From NCBI GenBank assembly GCA_963823335.1, contig CAWGLD010000001.1, forward strand, positions 1,824,001-1,888,000: 64,000 nt of DNA, given 5' to 3'. A model generated the notes under the pieces. The model was not told the origin of the DNA and ran no database searches. It saw nothing but the letters and a program-made list of their open reading frames with translations. This DNA is from an uncultured delta proteobacterium. GTDB taxonomy: Bacteria; Desulfobacterota; Desulfobacteria; Desulfobacterales; B30-G6. The position numbers and the translations under genes are program-made. Of this stretch, positions 49,202 through 58,766 are shown in pieces. Each line of letters begins with the position of its first letter. Within the stretch, counting starts at the first letter, position 1.

Positions 49202-49810
49202 ATGGAAAATTTGGTCAGCATATTTTTAACTTCCGTTTTCGTCGGCAATATTCTGCTGGCCTACTTCCTGGGCATGTGCTCCTTTGTGGCCATATCCAAG
49301 AACATGGAGACATCCATCGGGCTGGGATTCGCCGTTGTTTTTGTGCTTTCCATCACCACACCCATGAACTGGCTGATCTATACCTATCTCTTGTCACCCG
49401 GCGCTCTTGCCTGGGTGGGGCTGCCAGATGTCGATCTCAGTTATTTGAAATTTATTACTTTCATCGCGGTTATCGCCGCCATGGTGCAGGCGGTTGAAAT
49501 GGTCATCGACAGGTTTTCGCCCGCCCTCTACCATGCACTGGGAGTCTTTCTTCCTTTGATAACGGTCAATTGTGCCATACTGGGGACGTCTCTCTTTATG
49601 GTGGAACGTGATTACACGTTTATGGAGTCGCTGGTATTTGGTATCGGATCTGGTACGGGGTGGCTTCTGGCCATCGTCTCCATGGCGGCAATCCGGATAA
49701 AACTGAGATATGCCGATGTTCCAGAAGGTCTCCAGGGGTTTGGTATCACGATGATCGTCACAGGACTGATGGCCATGGGATTTATGTTGTTTTCGGGAAT
49801 AACACTATAG
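49202..49810 (+). CDS. nqrE: Na+-NQR subunit E
   Basis: [19 protein letters not shown] and VPEGLQG. Confidence 0.95.
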   Translation: MENLVSIFLTSVFVGNILLAYFLGMCSFVAISKNMETSIGLGFAVVFVLSITTPMNWLIYTYLLSPGALAWVGLPDVDLSYLKFITFIAVIAAMVQAVEMVIDRFSPALYHALGVFLPLITVNCAILGTSLFMVERDYTFMESLVFGIGSGTGWLLAIVSMAAIRIKLRYADVPEGLQGFGITMIVTGLMAMGFMLFSGITL

Positions 49811-49982
49811 GGTCCAAGGGTCTGAGGGTGATACAAGGGTTCGAGGGGAGAAACAAATCGTTTTACGTTTTAGGCAGTCCGGGCTAAGAGCAACTCAAAA
49901 AAACCCAACGAACTCAATGAACCCAAGCAACTCAAGAAAGCGGCGCAGCCGCGTTTTATAAAATCGTGGAACGATTTTATTT

Positions 49983-51209
49983 ATGATCTACCTCATCGGT
50001 ACAATTGTATTTTCAGCGATCATTATGCTGATGGTCGGCTTGCTTTTGCTGGTTGAAGCCAAGGTCGTCCTGAAAGGGGACCGGTCTGTCATGATTAATG
50101 ACGACGCGGACAAAGTCCTTAAGGTCGATACCGGTACCAGTCTTTTAAAGGCATTGTCCAACAACAATATCTTTATTCCCTCCGCTTGCGGCGGTGGTGG
50201 ATCCTGCGGTATGTGCAAATGCAGAATCGAAGAAGGTGTTCAGAGCTTTCTTCCCACCGAACTGGCTCATATCAGCCGCAAAGAAAAGAAGCAGAATATC
50301 CACCTGGCGTGCCAACTCAAGGTGAAGGAGGATCTGAAGATACGGATTCCTGAAGATATTCTGGAGGTAAAAAAATATCATGCAACGGTGGTGTCCAACG
50401 ACAACGTGGCCACCTTCATCAAGGATCTTATTCTCGAGTTGGCGCCGGAGGAGGCCCTCGATTTCGACGCCGGTGCTTATGTCCAGATCGATGTTCCGGA
50501 ATATGAACTCTCTTTTTCCGAATTTAGAAAACGGGTGGGGAAACGGTTTCAACCTGCCTGGGACCGATTCAATCTCTGGGGACTTCGTTCCAAGTCGGAT
50601 GAGGCCATTTTCCGGGCCTACTCCCTGGCAAACCCACCTTCCGAAAACAGGCGCCTACGGTTTACCATCCGAATTGCAACACCACCACCCGGAAAGCAAG
50701 AGGCACCCCCGGGTAAGGGTTCGTCCTTTATTTTCAATTTGAATCCCGGGGACAAACTAACGTTAAGTGGCCCTTACGGCGATTTTTTTGTGAAAAAAAC
50801 GGACAGAGAAATGTGTTTCGTGGGGGGCGGGGCAGGTATGGCACCCTTGAGAAGTCAGGTTTTGCATCATCTGGAGACCCTCAAAACCAAAAGAACCCTG
50901 TCTTTCTGGTATGGGGCACGATCCAAACAGGAATTGTTTTTTGATACGGAGTTCCGAGCGCTCGAGCAAGCGCATGATAATTTTACCTTCAATGTGGCCC
51001 TGTCAGAGCCGCAGCCGGAAGATGAATGGGGTGGCATGACAGGCTATATTCATCAAAACCTAAAGGAGCACTATCTGGCGCAACACGAAGATCCCACTGA
51101 AATCGAATATTATCTCTGTGGGCCACCCATGATGATCGAGGCCATCGAGCAGATGCTGGATGACCTGGGAGTGGATCCGGAGATGATCGCCTTTGACAAA
51201 TTCAGCTAG
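49983..51209 (+). CDS. nqrF: Na+-NQR subunit F
   Basis: SACGGGGSCGMC, RAYS, GGAGMAP, YLCGPP and terminal DKF. Confidence 0.96.
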   Translation: MIYLIGTIVFSAIIMLMVGLLLLVEAKVVLKGDRSVMINDDADKVLKVDTGTSLLKALSNNNIFIPSACGGGGSCGMCKCRIEEGVQSFLPTELAHISRKEKKQNIHLACQLKVKEDLKIRIPEDILEVKKYHATVVSNDNVATFIKDLILELAPEEALDFDAGAYVQIDVPEYELSFSEFRKRVGKRFQPAWDRFNLWGLRSKSDEAIFRAYSLANPPSENRRLRFTIRIATPPPGKQEAPPGKGSSFIFNLNPGDKLTLSGPYGDFFVKKTDREMCFVGGGAGMAPLRSQVLHHLETLKTKRTLSFWYGARSKQELFFDTEFRALEQAHDNFTFNVALSEPQPEDEWGGMTGYIHQNLKEHYLAQHEDPTEIEYYLCGPPMMIEAIEQMLDDLGVDPEMIAFDKFS

Positions 51210-51319
51210 TCTCACGAAGCGATCTTGCCGCATCTGCGGTGTTGCGGACCATTCGCAGTAGCAAACTACGGCTTCATGGTCCGGCGCCTTGCACCTGCGG
51301 CAAGCTCACTTCGTGAAAC
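51209..51319 (+). mobile_element. 111-bp MITE-like palindromic element
   Basis: GTCTCACGAAG...CTTCGTGAAAC ends, long stem, and the core GGTGTT/GCCTT internal loop. Confidence 0.65.
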
Positions 51320-51356
51320 AATTGGATTTACCTGGAAATGTCATAAAACTTAATGG

Positions 51357-51689
51357 CTAAAAGCCCATTTTTTCGGGGGGTCTGCGCTCGGGGATATAAT
51401 CTATTTCCACCTTACCTTCGTTCCATGCCTTTGAACCATAGAGACCACAATAGCAGCTGCCATATTCCTTGACGTCAGGTTCTCTGTAAACACAGGGACA
51501 GAAGATATCCTTATCGGCGTCCCTGTTCCCCGATGCCAGTCTGCAGGGGCATACCATATACCCGTAGCGGTCCTTGTTCTGGATGAGGGCGGACAACAGT
51601 TCCAGGACAAATGCCCGGTCTTTGTTGAAGTAGTACCCTTTAGGTTCCTGTACCTTCCGGAGATTTTCGAAAAGTTTTTCAACATCCAT
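51357..51689 (-). CDS. Ferredoxin:thioredoxin reductase catalytic subunit
   Basis: CPC...CPC...CYC motifs. Confidence 0.92.
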   Translation of the reverse strand: MDVEKLFENLRKVQEPKGYYFNKDRAFVLELLSALIQNKDRYGYMVCPCRLASGNRDADKDIFCPCVYREPDVKEYGSCYCGLYGSKAWNEGKVEIDYIPERRPPEKMGF

Positions 51690-51943
51690 CAGAGCCCTAG
51701 CGCCTCCTTTATTTTCTCTTCCTTAAACCCTACAATAACCTGATCGCCGATGATCAGTGTAGGAAATGAACATCGAGGGTTCAATTTTTTAATGTCTTCT
51801 AGGATGGCTTTTCGTTCCTCGCCCTCAAGCCGATCTACCTCTATAAATTCATATTGAACGGTGCACTCATTCAAGAATTTTTTTGTTGATTTGCAATGAC
51901 TACAGGTGCTTAGCGTGTAAAGCTTTATCGGTTTGTCGGTCAT
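51689..51943 (-). CDS. Glutaredoxin/NrdH-like protein
   Basis: LSTCSHC, SFP and IVGF; overlaps the FTR start. Confidence 0.9.
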   Translation of the reverse strand: MTDKPIKLYTLSTCSHCKSTKKFLNECTVQYEFIEVDRLEGEERKAILEDIKKLNPRCSFPTLIIGDQVIVGFKEEKIKEALGL

Positions 51944-52059
51944 GTTCCATTCCTTTCCAACGTTGAGAGTTGCTTGAATCCCGCTATTTTCAGAGCGGGT
52001 ATCAATCAAATACACGATTTTATTATCCCTTGACAAGGGTTTTATTTTCATTTAATACT

Positions 52060-52078
52060 ATCAGTAATCATTATTAAT
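52060..52078. promoter_or_regulatory. Candidate Fur-family (PerR-like) 9-1-9 operator
   Basis: ATCAGTAAT-C-ATTATTAAT just downstream of TTGACA (52030), between the divergent grx and cooS genes. Confidence 0.45.
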
Positions 52079-52133
52079 AGTAAGTAAACCCTCATCTACC
52101 CACAAAAGCAAGGATTCTAAGAAGGGAGAAAAA

Positions 52134-54107
52134 ATGGAAAAGAAAATAACGGCGTCCAAGGAAAAGGAGCTCAACATCAGTGAGGCCACCCTATGCGAGG
52201 CTACGGCCCAGATGCTGAGAAAAGCCAAGCGGGATGGTGTTGAAACAGCGTTTGACCGTGCAATGAACATGAAGGCCTGCCCAATAGGCGCCGAATCTGC
52301 CTGTTGCAAACACTGCTCCATGGGGCCCTGTCGACTCAATTCAAAAAATCCATATGGCAAGGTGGGCGTCTGTGGTGCAACCATCGATACGATCCAGGCC
52401 CGCAATTTTGCCCGTATGGTAGCTTCGGGCAGTGCCGCCCATACCGACCACGGCATGGCTATGGTCGATCTGTTCCGCGAGGTGGTCAATGGCCATATCA
52501 AGGAGTACCAGATCAAAGACGTGGGAAAACTGGAGATGGTGGCCCAATCCATAGGTATTGAAACCGAGGGTCGCAGCGTTAAAGAGATTGCCACGGACCT
52601 CTACACGGAACTGGAGCGGACATACACCCAGGTCGAAGGCGAAATACCCTTTGCCAAGCGTGTCCCGGCAAAAACCCTGGAAACCTGGCGCAAGCTGGGT
52701 ATTGTACCCCGGGGGGCCATGCGTGAAATCATGGAACTGATGCATCGTACCCACATGGGTGTGGATCAGCATTATGAAAACATTACCAAACAGAGCAGTC
52801 GTGCGGCCCTGGCGGACGGATGGGGTGGCTCCATGGTGGCCACTGAAATTTCCGACATTCTTTTTGGTACCCCTTCACCTGTGGCCGTGGAGGTGAACAT
52901 GGGTGTTCTCAAGGAAGATCATGTCAACATCATCGTACATGGGCACGAGCCCAACATGTTCGAATCCATGCTGGTTTCGGTCAACGAACCCACACTGGTT
53001 CAGGCCGCCAAAGAGGCCGGTGCTGAAGGCATCAACCTGGTGGGTATGTGTTGCTCCGGTGCTGAAATGATGTCCCGGCATGGTGTCCCCCACGCCGGTA
53101 ACTTCATGTCCACGGAAGCCATTCTGGTCACCAATGCCGTAGACGCCATGTGTGTGGATATTCAGTGTATCAAACAGGGACTGGTGGCGGTTGCGGATTG
53201 TTACAAGACCCCCCTGATTACCACCAATCCGAGAGCCCATATCGAAGGCGCTACACATATCGAGTTCAACGACCATGATCCCCAGGCGTGTACCGACGAT
53301 GTGGTGATCAAGGCCATCAGTCGATTTAAACATCGCACCGGGGACATAGAAATCCCCAACATCCGCAACACCGGTGTTCACGGATTTTCTTATGAATACA
53401 TCAACTACATGCTGGGGGGTTCCTTCAGAGGCTCCTATACCCCGCTGAACGACAACATTATCAACGGCCGTATTCGCGGTGTGGCCGGTGTTGTGGGCTG
53501 CACCAATCCGAGGGTCAAGCAGGACTGGGTGCATGTGGAACTGGTCAAAGAACTGATTAAAAACGATGTGCTCGTGTTGCAGACCGGTTGCTCACAGGTT
53601 GCGCTGGCCAAAGAAGGCTTATACACGCCCGAAGCCGCTTATCTAGCCGGTCCCGGGCTGCGGGAGGTCTGTGAGACCGTGGGAATGCCCCCCTGTCTTG
53701 GAATCGGATCCTGCGTGGACAACAGCCGAATTCTGATTGCCGCTTCTGAAATGGTGCGCGTCGGCGGTCTCGGGGACAGCATTGCCGATCTGCCGGCTGC
53801 AGGCGCCGCACCGGAGTGGATGAGTGAAAAGGCCATCAGCATCGGTCAGTACTTTGTGGCGTCCGGCGTGTTTACGGTCTTTGGCGTGACCTTCCCCATC
53901 GTTAAGGAAACCAAGTTCCACAAGCACCTCTTCCAGGGACTGGAAGAACAGGGTCTGGGAAAATGGGGGTTTAGTGCCGATCCTTATGAAATGGCACGCA
54001 TGATGATCGCCCACATCGACAAGAAACGACAGGCGCTGGGCCTCGACAAGGGCAAAGAGCGGGTTCTGGTGGACATGGCAGATCGTCGCGCTCTTGACGC
54101 TGCCTAA
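52134..54107 (+). CDS. cooS: Anaerobic Ni-containing carbon monoxide dehydrogenase
   Basis: CCKHCSMGPC, AAHTDH, HGHEP, CCSG, DIQC, VGC, TGC, GSCVD and WMSEKA. Confidence 0.96.
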   Translation: MEKKITASKEKELNISEATLCEATAQMLRKAKRDGVETAFDRAMNMKACPIGAESACCKHCSMGPCRLNSKNPYGKVGVCGATIDTIQARNFARMVASGSAAHTDHGMAMVDLFREVVNGHIKEYQIKDVGKLEMVAQSIGIETEGRSVKEIATDLYTELERTYTQVEGEIPFAKRVPAKTLETWRKLGIVPRGAMREIMELMHRTHMGVDQHYENITKQSSRAALADGWGGSMVATEISDILFGTPSPVAVEVNMGVLKEDHVNIIVHGHEPNMFESMLVSVNEPTLVQAAKEAGAEGINLVGMCCSGAEMMSRHGVPHAGNFMSTEAILVTNAVDAMCVDIQCIKQGLVAVADCYKTPLITTNPRAHIEGATHIEFNDHDPQACTDDVVIKAISRFKHRTGDIEIPNIRNTGVHGFSYEYINYMLGGSFRGSYTPLNDNIINGRIRGVAGVVGCTNPRVKQDWVHVELVKELIKNDVLVLQTGCSQVALAKEGLYTPEAAYLAGPGLREVCETVGMPPCLGIGSCVDNSRILIAASEMVRVGGLGDSIADLPAAGAAPEWMSEKAISIGQYFVASGVFTVFGVTFPIVKETKFHKHLFQGLEEQGLGKWGFSADPYEMARMMIAHIDKKRQALGLDKGKERVLVDMADRRALDAA

Positions 54108-54175
54108 CAAGAGAATATCGTGAAGCATTCGGGCTGACTGCCCGGATAAAATCAACCTTCCTTCCTTCTTTCCAA

Positions 54176-54206
54176 AGCAAAGGGCTCCGTCTTGGAGCCC
54201 TTTGCT
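54176..54206 (+). terminator. Hairpin terminator after cooS
   Basis: AGCAAAGGGCTCC-GTCTT-GGAGCCCTTTGCT. Confidence 0.7.
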
Positions 54207-54347
54207 GTCTGCCGTCACCCGCCGAAGCGTTAGCCGAAAGTCAAACGGAATATACTTATGACAACGGCCTAAGCGTCACCCGGAAGCGTTTCCTAAAGCG
54301 TGAGCGTGGCCAAGGCCCAACCAATCAAAGCGCTCCGGTGGTTTGAT

Positions 54348-54472
54348 TGTTCTACAAACCGCGTGCTTGGCACGCGGTTCCGAACCTGAACTTACGGAGA
54401 CGTGCCGTCTCCTTTGTTTTTCCCCCATTTTGGGGGAAATCCAAGCCACCCGTTTCACGGGTGGTAGTTGAC
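54348..54472 (+). mobile_element. 125-bp IS200/IS605-type non-autonomous element
   Basis: Follows TTGAT; matches the 6833 copy except for one extra C. Confidence 0.85.
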
Positions 54473-54640
54473 TTAGGCTTTGAAAACGCGTGTCAATTAT
54501 GTATTGAATAAAGACATAAAATTTATGTATAGGTTATATGTGCATCCTTGAACCGAAAAAACGAGCACATTCCTCGTGGGTTCTGCCTGCGGCAGTGCTT
54601 CGTATGCTGCGAGGTTCTTCAATCTGTATGAGGTAGAAAA

Positions 54641-55123
54641 ATGGGAAAAGATGTGGTGACATTTACCTGCCCTCGCTGTAGTCAGACTGCAGCGGTTAAA
54701 CTTCCGGAAAATTTCCATCAGAATAACTCCCTGGAAATTGAATGCCTGTGTGAATGCGGTTACAGATTTAAAAGTGAAGTGGAAAGACGTCAACACAATC
54801 GAAAGGCCGTCAAATTTTCAGGCTGGTATAACTACGGCAACGAAATTCAACTGGAACCGGGTGTTGTGGCAGGAACGCTCGTTGGTAAAGGAAAGATGAC
54901 CGTGGTAAATCTGTCGGTCAGTGGTTTCAGGATAAAATTGAAAAAAAAGGAAGACCTGAAGATCAACGACCGGCTCAAGGTGGCCTTTCATCTAAAGGAC
55001 TGCAAACGCACATTGATCAGCGAAACCGCCACGATTAAAAACATTCACCAAAAGTTCGTCGGCGGAGCCTTTCTACCCACCGGGTCAAAGAACCGGGAAC
55101 TGGGGTTCTATCTGCTGTATTAG
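54641..55123 (+). CDS. Zinc-ribbon plus PilZ domain protein
   Basis: CPRC...CECG, ERRQHNRK and NLSVSG. Confidence 0.8.
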   Translation: MGKDVVTFTCPRCSQTAAVKLPENFHQNNSLEIECLCECGYRFKSEVERRQHNRKAVKFSGWYNYGNEIQLEPGVVAGTLVGKGKMTVVNLSVSGFRIKLKKKEDLKINDRLKVAFHLKDCKRTLISETATIKNIHQKFVGGAFLPTGSKNRELGFYLLY

Positions 55124-55186
55124 GCCGGTCCCTTTATTTGAGATGGCTATCTCAATAAAATATGACGATAACCTTGACCAACTTGG

Positions 55187-55843
55187 TTATTTGCAAGACC
55201 ACCCTTCCTGGCTGCAAAGCCACTGTCTAAACTGATCCTGCGCTTTATATGCTTCGACTTCCATGGGGATGTTCTCGTAACTGAAAAAGGCGCTCACATA
55301 TCCCTGGGTGTATTTCCTGCCGAATTCAGCAATGGAGCCGAGTTCTTGATACTGTTTGATATGATAGGCTTCATGACTTAGCAATATCAGCAGGTTACCA
55401 TCTTTGCTTCCTTGGGGCTGTCGCAGGTAGATGGTGTTGCCGAAGGTCTGACCGGCCAATTGGTCCATAATGGGGATGGGCCATCTATCCAGGATCTTGT
55501 GGTTGTTCAAGAGCACCGCCTCGTAGACAATCTGTATGTCATTGGGGTCGATTCCCCATTTTTGCAGCCACGGGGTAAGCCACTTTTTTTGATAGGGACT
55601 CAACGGATAGGGCTGCTTCTTGTTTTCATGGATGTTGTTTTGCCAGATTTCTTTAGCCAGGAGGGGAAATGTTTTGGCTCCCCACGCACCGGCATCCACG
55701 ATGGTTCCTGTTTGGATCTCTTTTCGAAGGGCACTGTTTTCATCTGAAAGATCCAGATCGCGCCACTCAATACCGGCGGCGGAACCAGACAGCAGATATA
55801 CCAGCATGAACCCGATGGGTATAAACTGCACTATGTTTTTCAT
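55187..55843 (-). CDS. Exported HExxH protein (DUF4157-like)
   Basis: Signal peptide; GQTFGNTIY, LLSHEAYHIKQY and MEVEAY. Confidence 0.7.
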   Translation of the reverse strand: MKNIVQFIPIGFMLVYLLSGSAAGIEWRDLDLSDENSALRKEIQTGTIVDAGAWGAKTFPLLAKEIWQNNIHENKKQPYPLSPYQKKWLTPWLQKWGIDPNDIQIVYEAVLLNNHKILDRWPIPIMDQLAGQTFGNTIYLRQPQGSKDGNLLILLSHEAYHIKQYQELGSIAEFGRKYTQGYVSAFFSYENIPMEVEAYKAQDQFRQWLCSQEGWSCK

Positions 55844-55886
55844 GAGGCAATTCCAAATAGCAACAACATTGCGTTTTATAAAATCG

Positions 55887-57734
55887 TTATACGAGTTTAT
55901 TGTTGGGATATTTTCCAATGAAACGATACAGGGTCGCACGTCCGACACCTAACAGTTTGGCGGCTTTAACCTTGTTTCCGCCTGTCTTGACGAGTGCTTC
56001 TCTAACGGCTATTTGATCGAGTTTTCGGGAGGGGCCGCGGTTCGGCTTTTTCGGCGTAAACTGCTTTAATTCAAGGGGAAGATCCATGGGGCGAATGATA
56101 CCACCTTTACATCGCACGATAGAAAACTGTATGCAGTTTTGAAGTTCGCGGACATTTCCGGGCCATCGATAGTCCATCATCATGGAAAGGGCTTCATCGC
56201 TGATCTTGAACTCTTGCTGGTTTTTATGACCGGGAAACTGTTTCAGGAAATGCTCCACCAGGAGAGGTATGTCTGTTTTGCGTTCACGCAGAGGCGGAAC
56301 CATGATCGGTATCACATTCAGGCGATAAAAAAGGTCTTCGCGAAAATTACCATTCTGAACTTCCTCTTTTAAATTCTTGTTCGTGGCACTGATGACCCTT
56401 GTATCAACGGATATGGTTTTTTCTCCCCCGACTTTTTCAAAGGTTTCTTCCTGTAAAAAGCGCAGAAGCTTCACCTGCATGAGTTTGGGGAGTTCCGATA
56501 CTTCGTCCAGAAAGACCGTACCACTGTCAGCCAGTTCAAACCGGCCTTTCTTTTCCCTTATGGCACCGGAAAAGGCTCCTTTGACGTGACCGAAGAGTTC
56601 GCTTTCGATAAGACCTTCCGGCAGCGCGCCGCAGTTGATGGGAACGAATGGTGCGCCACCCCGGTGGCTTTCATTGTGGATGGCATGGGCAACGAGTTCC
56701 TTGCCGGTGCCTGTCTCTCCCGAGATATGGACGGGAAAATCATAGTCTGTCACATCTCGAATCTGTTTAAAAACCGAGATCATCTTTTTATTGCGGCCGA
56801 TAATGTTCGAGAAGCTGAAAATCTTTTCGGCATCCATCTGCAACTCGATCAGTTCTGTCAGGTCCGTGATGGTGGCCAGGGCGCCGATGTCCTGGTGGTT
56901 GTCGTCTTTCATCAGGATAATCGACATGCCGATCATCCTTTTGAGACCGTTTTTGGTGGTGATATGGAGGGTCTGATCCTTTTTGTCTTCCAGGGTCGGG
57001 TCGGCGGTGCAAAAGGAGCATCGATTGCCACACAAGGACTCGCTAAAAGCTTCGTGGCAGTCCTTTCCCAGAACCTCTTCCCGGTTAAATCCCAGGATTT
57101 TTTCGGCGCCATCACTATAAAAGAGGATTCGTCGATCCAGGTCGTGGGCAATGATACCCTCCTTGAGATTGTTCAAAATGTATTCAAGGCTTTTGCGGTC
57201 GGCCACGTTTTTGAAAAGCATGGCCAGTTGCGTTTCGGCAAGTTCCTTGAATTTGCATATCAGGTTTTCAAAACGTGGCGTATAGGTATGTTCTTTGGAA
57301 TCGAGCAGACTCATGGTGCCGAAGATTTCATTGTCCGGCCAAAGAAGGGGAACGCCCATGTAGGAAACCATTCCCAGGTCGGTGTCCTTGTTTTCTTGGC
57401 CCGTTCTTTTTAAAATATTCGGAACGAGTACCGGTTTCTTTTGCTGAACCACAAGGGCACAATAAAGATCTTTCAACAAGGCTCTGTGGCCTTTTTGATA
57501 CGGGTTGTTCCCAACGGTACTTGTGCTGATGACCTCCATGTGGTCACCCTGGAGCCTTCGAATCAAAACAGCCGGCACGTCGCAGAATTCCGCCAGGGTG
57601 TTGACGATACCCCCCCAGCTTTCCAGAACACTGGCATTGACTTGAATTGTCAATTTAGGAATGGCGGGACCGAGCTGTTGCAGAAATCCGGTCTGCTCAA
57701 CATCCGTTTTAATATATTGCTTTTTCTCTTGCAT
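55887..57734 (-). CDS. Sigma54-dependent activator (GAF-PAS-AAA+-Fis HTH)
   Basis: GETGTGKE, ESELFGHVKGAFSGA, WPGNVREL and C-terminal HTH. Confidence 0.95.
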   Translation of the reverse strand: MQEKKQYIKTDVEQTGFLQQLGPAIPKLTIQVNASVLESWGGIVNTLAEFCDVPAVLIRRLQGDHMEVISTSTVGNNPYQKGHRALLKDLYCALVVQQKKPVLVPNILKRTGQENKDTDLGMVSYMGVPLLWPDNEIFGTMSLLDSKEHTYTPRFENLICKFKELAETQLAMLFKNVADRKSLEYILNNLKEGIIAHDLDRRILFYSDGAEKILGFNREEVLGKDCHEAFSESLCGNRCSFCTADPTLEDKKDQTLHITTKNGLKRMIGMSIILMKDDNHQDIGALATITDLTELIELQMDAEKIFSFSNIIGRNKKMISVFKQIRDVTDYDFPVHISGETGTGKELVAHAIHNESHRGGAPFVPINCGALPEGLIESELFGHVKGAFSGAIREKKGRFELADSGTVFLDEVSELPKLMQVKLLRFLQEETFEKVGGEKTISVDTRVISATNKNLKEEVQNGNFREDLFYRLNVIPIMVPPLRERKTDIPLLVEHFLKQFPGHKNQQEFKISDEALSMMMDYRWPGNVRELQNCIQFSIVRCKGGIIRPMDLPLELKQFTPKKPNRGPSRKLDQIAVREALVKTGGNKVKAAKLLGVGRATLYRFIGKYPNNKLV

Positions 57735-57849
57735 CTATTTGCCAATCAGCCTGAGTCCTTGCCCTTTGCAGCATATATATTATCCCGGGACGTATGTCAA
57801 AGATTGCCTTGTCGGGAGTTGTAAAAATGTATATGTTAAACCTGATTAT

Positions 57850-58587
57850 ATGGATACAGAAAAGATAAAACGGAAAGAATTTCGAGGACTGGTCTGGCCG
57901 GAACTGATACCGGGCAGACTGATCAAACGCTACAAGCGATTCCTGGCTGATGTTGAACTGGAAGACGGCATGGTTGTAACCGCCCACTGCCCCAACTCGG
58001 GGAGCATGACCGCCTGCTCGGAACCTGGCCGGCCGGTTTATCTGTCCCGGCATGATAACCCGAGACGAAAACTGAAATACACCTGGGAAATCATCCATAT
58101 GCCTGACTCGCTGGTGGGTGTCAACACTCTCGTACCGAACAGACTCGTCAAAACATCGATAGAACACAATCTGGTGCCGGAACTGCTCGATTACCAAGAT
58201 ATTCGTCCCGAGGTTCAAACGTCCAAAGGATCACGCCTGGATCTTCTCTTGACGAAATCTCATGGGGCCAAATGTTTTGTAGAAATAAAAAACTGTACCC
58301 TGGTAAACCAGGGTGTTGCCTGTTTTCCGGACGCGGTTACGCAAAGGGGACGCAAACACCTCGATGAGCTCCAACGGCTGGTTGCCGAGGGAAATCGGTG
58401 TGTCATGTTTTTTTGTGTTCAACGGATGGATGCTGAATGCTTTCGGCCTGCAGATCAGATTGACTCCGCATACGCAGAGGCATTGCGGCGGGCACATCTG
58501 CAAGGAGGCGTGGAAGTTCTGGTATATGACGTGTGGATGGATTTGGAGCGGATCGTTTTGAATCGGAAGATATCCTTTAAGTTATGA
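57850..58587 (+). CDS. sfsA: DNA/RNA nuclease SfsA
   Basis: KRYKRFLADV, HCPNSGSM, EIKN and FPDAVTQRGRKHL. Confidence 0.95.
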   Translation: MDTEKIKRKEFRGLVWPELIPGRLIKRYKRFLADVELEDGMVVTAHCPNSGSMTACSEPGRPVYLSRHDNPRRKLKYTWEIIHMPDSLVGVNTLVPNRLVKTSIEHNLVPELLDYQDIRPEVQTSKGSRLDLLLTKSHGAKCFVEIKNCTLVNQGVACFPDAVTQRGRKHLDELQRLVAEGNRCVMFFCVQRMDAECFRPADQIDSAYAEALRRAHLQGGVEVLVYDVWMDLERIVLNRKISFKL

Positions 58588-58766
58588 CCCTCCCAATATT
58601 TACGTGAGGGAAATTCGAATGTCGAATATCTAAACAATATCAAATGGCCCAAATTCAAATTTACCAAACCGGTTGGACCGAAAATGGTATTTGGGTGAAA
58701 AAAAGCGGCGCAGCCGCGTCGGATAAGATCTTGAAACGATTTTATTTTATATAAGGAGTCGGATCA

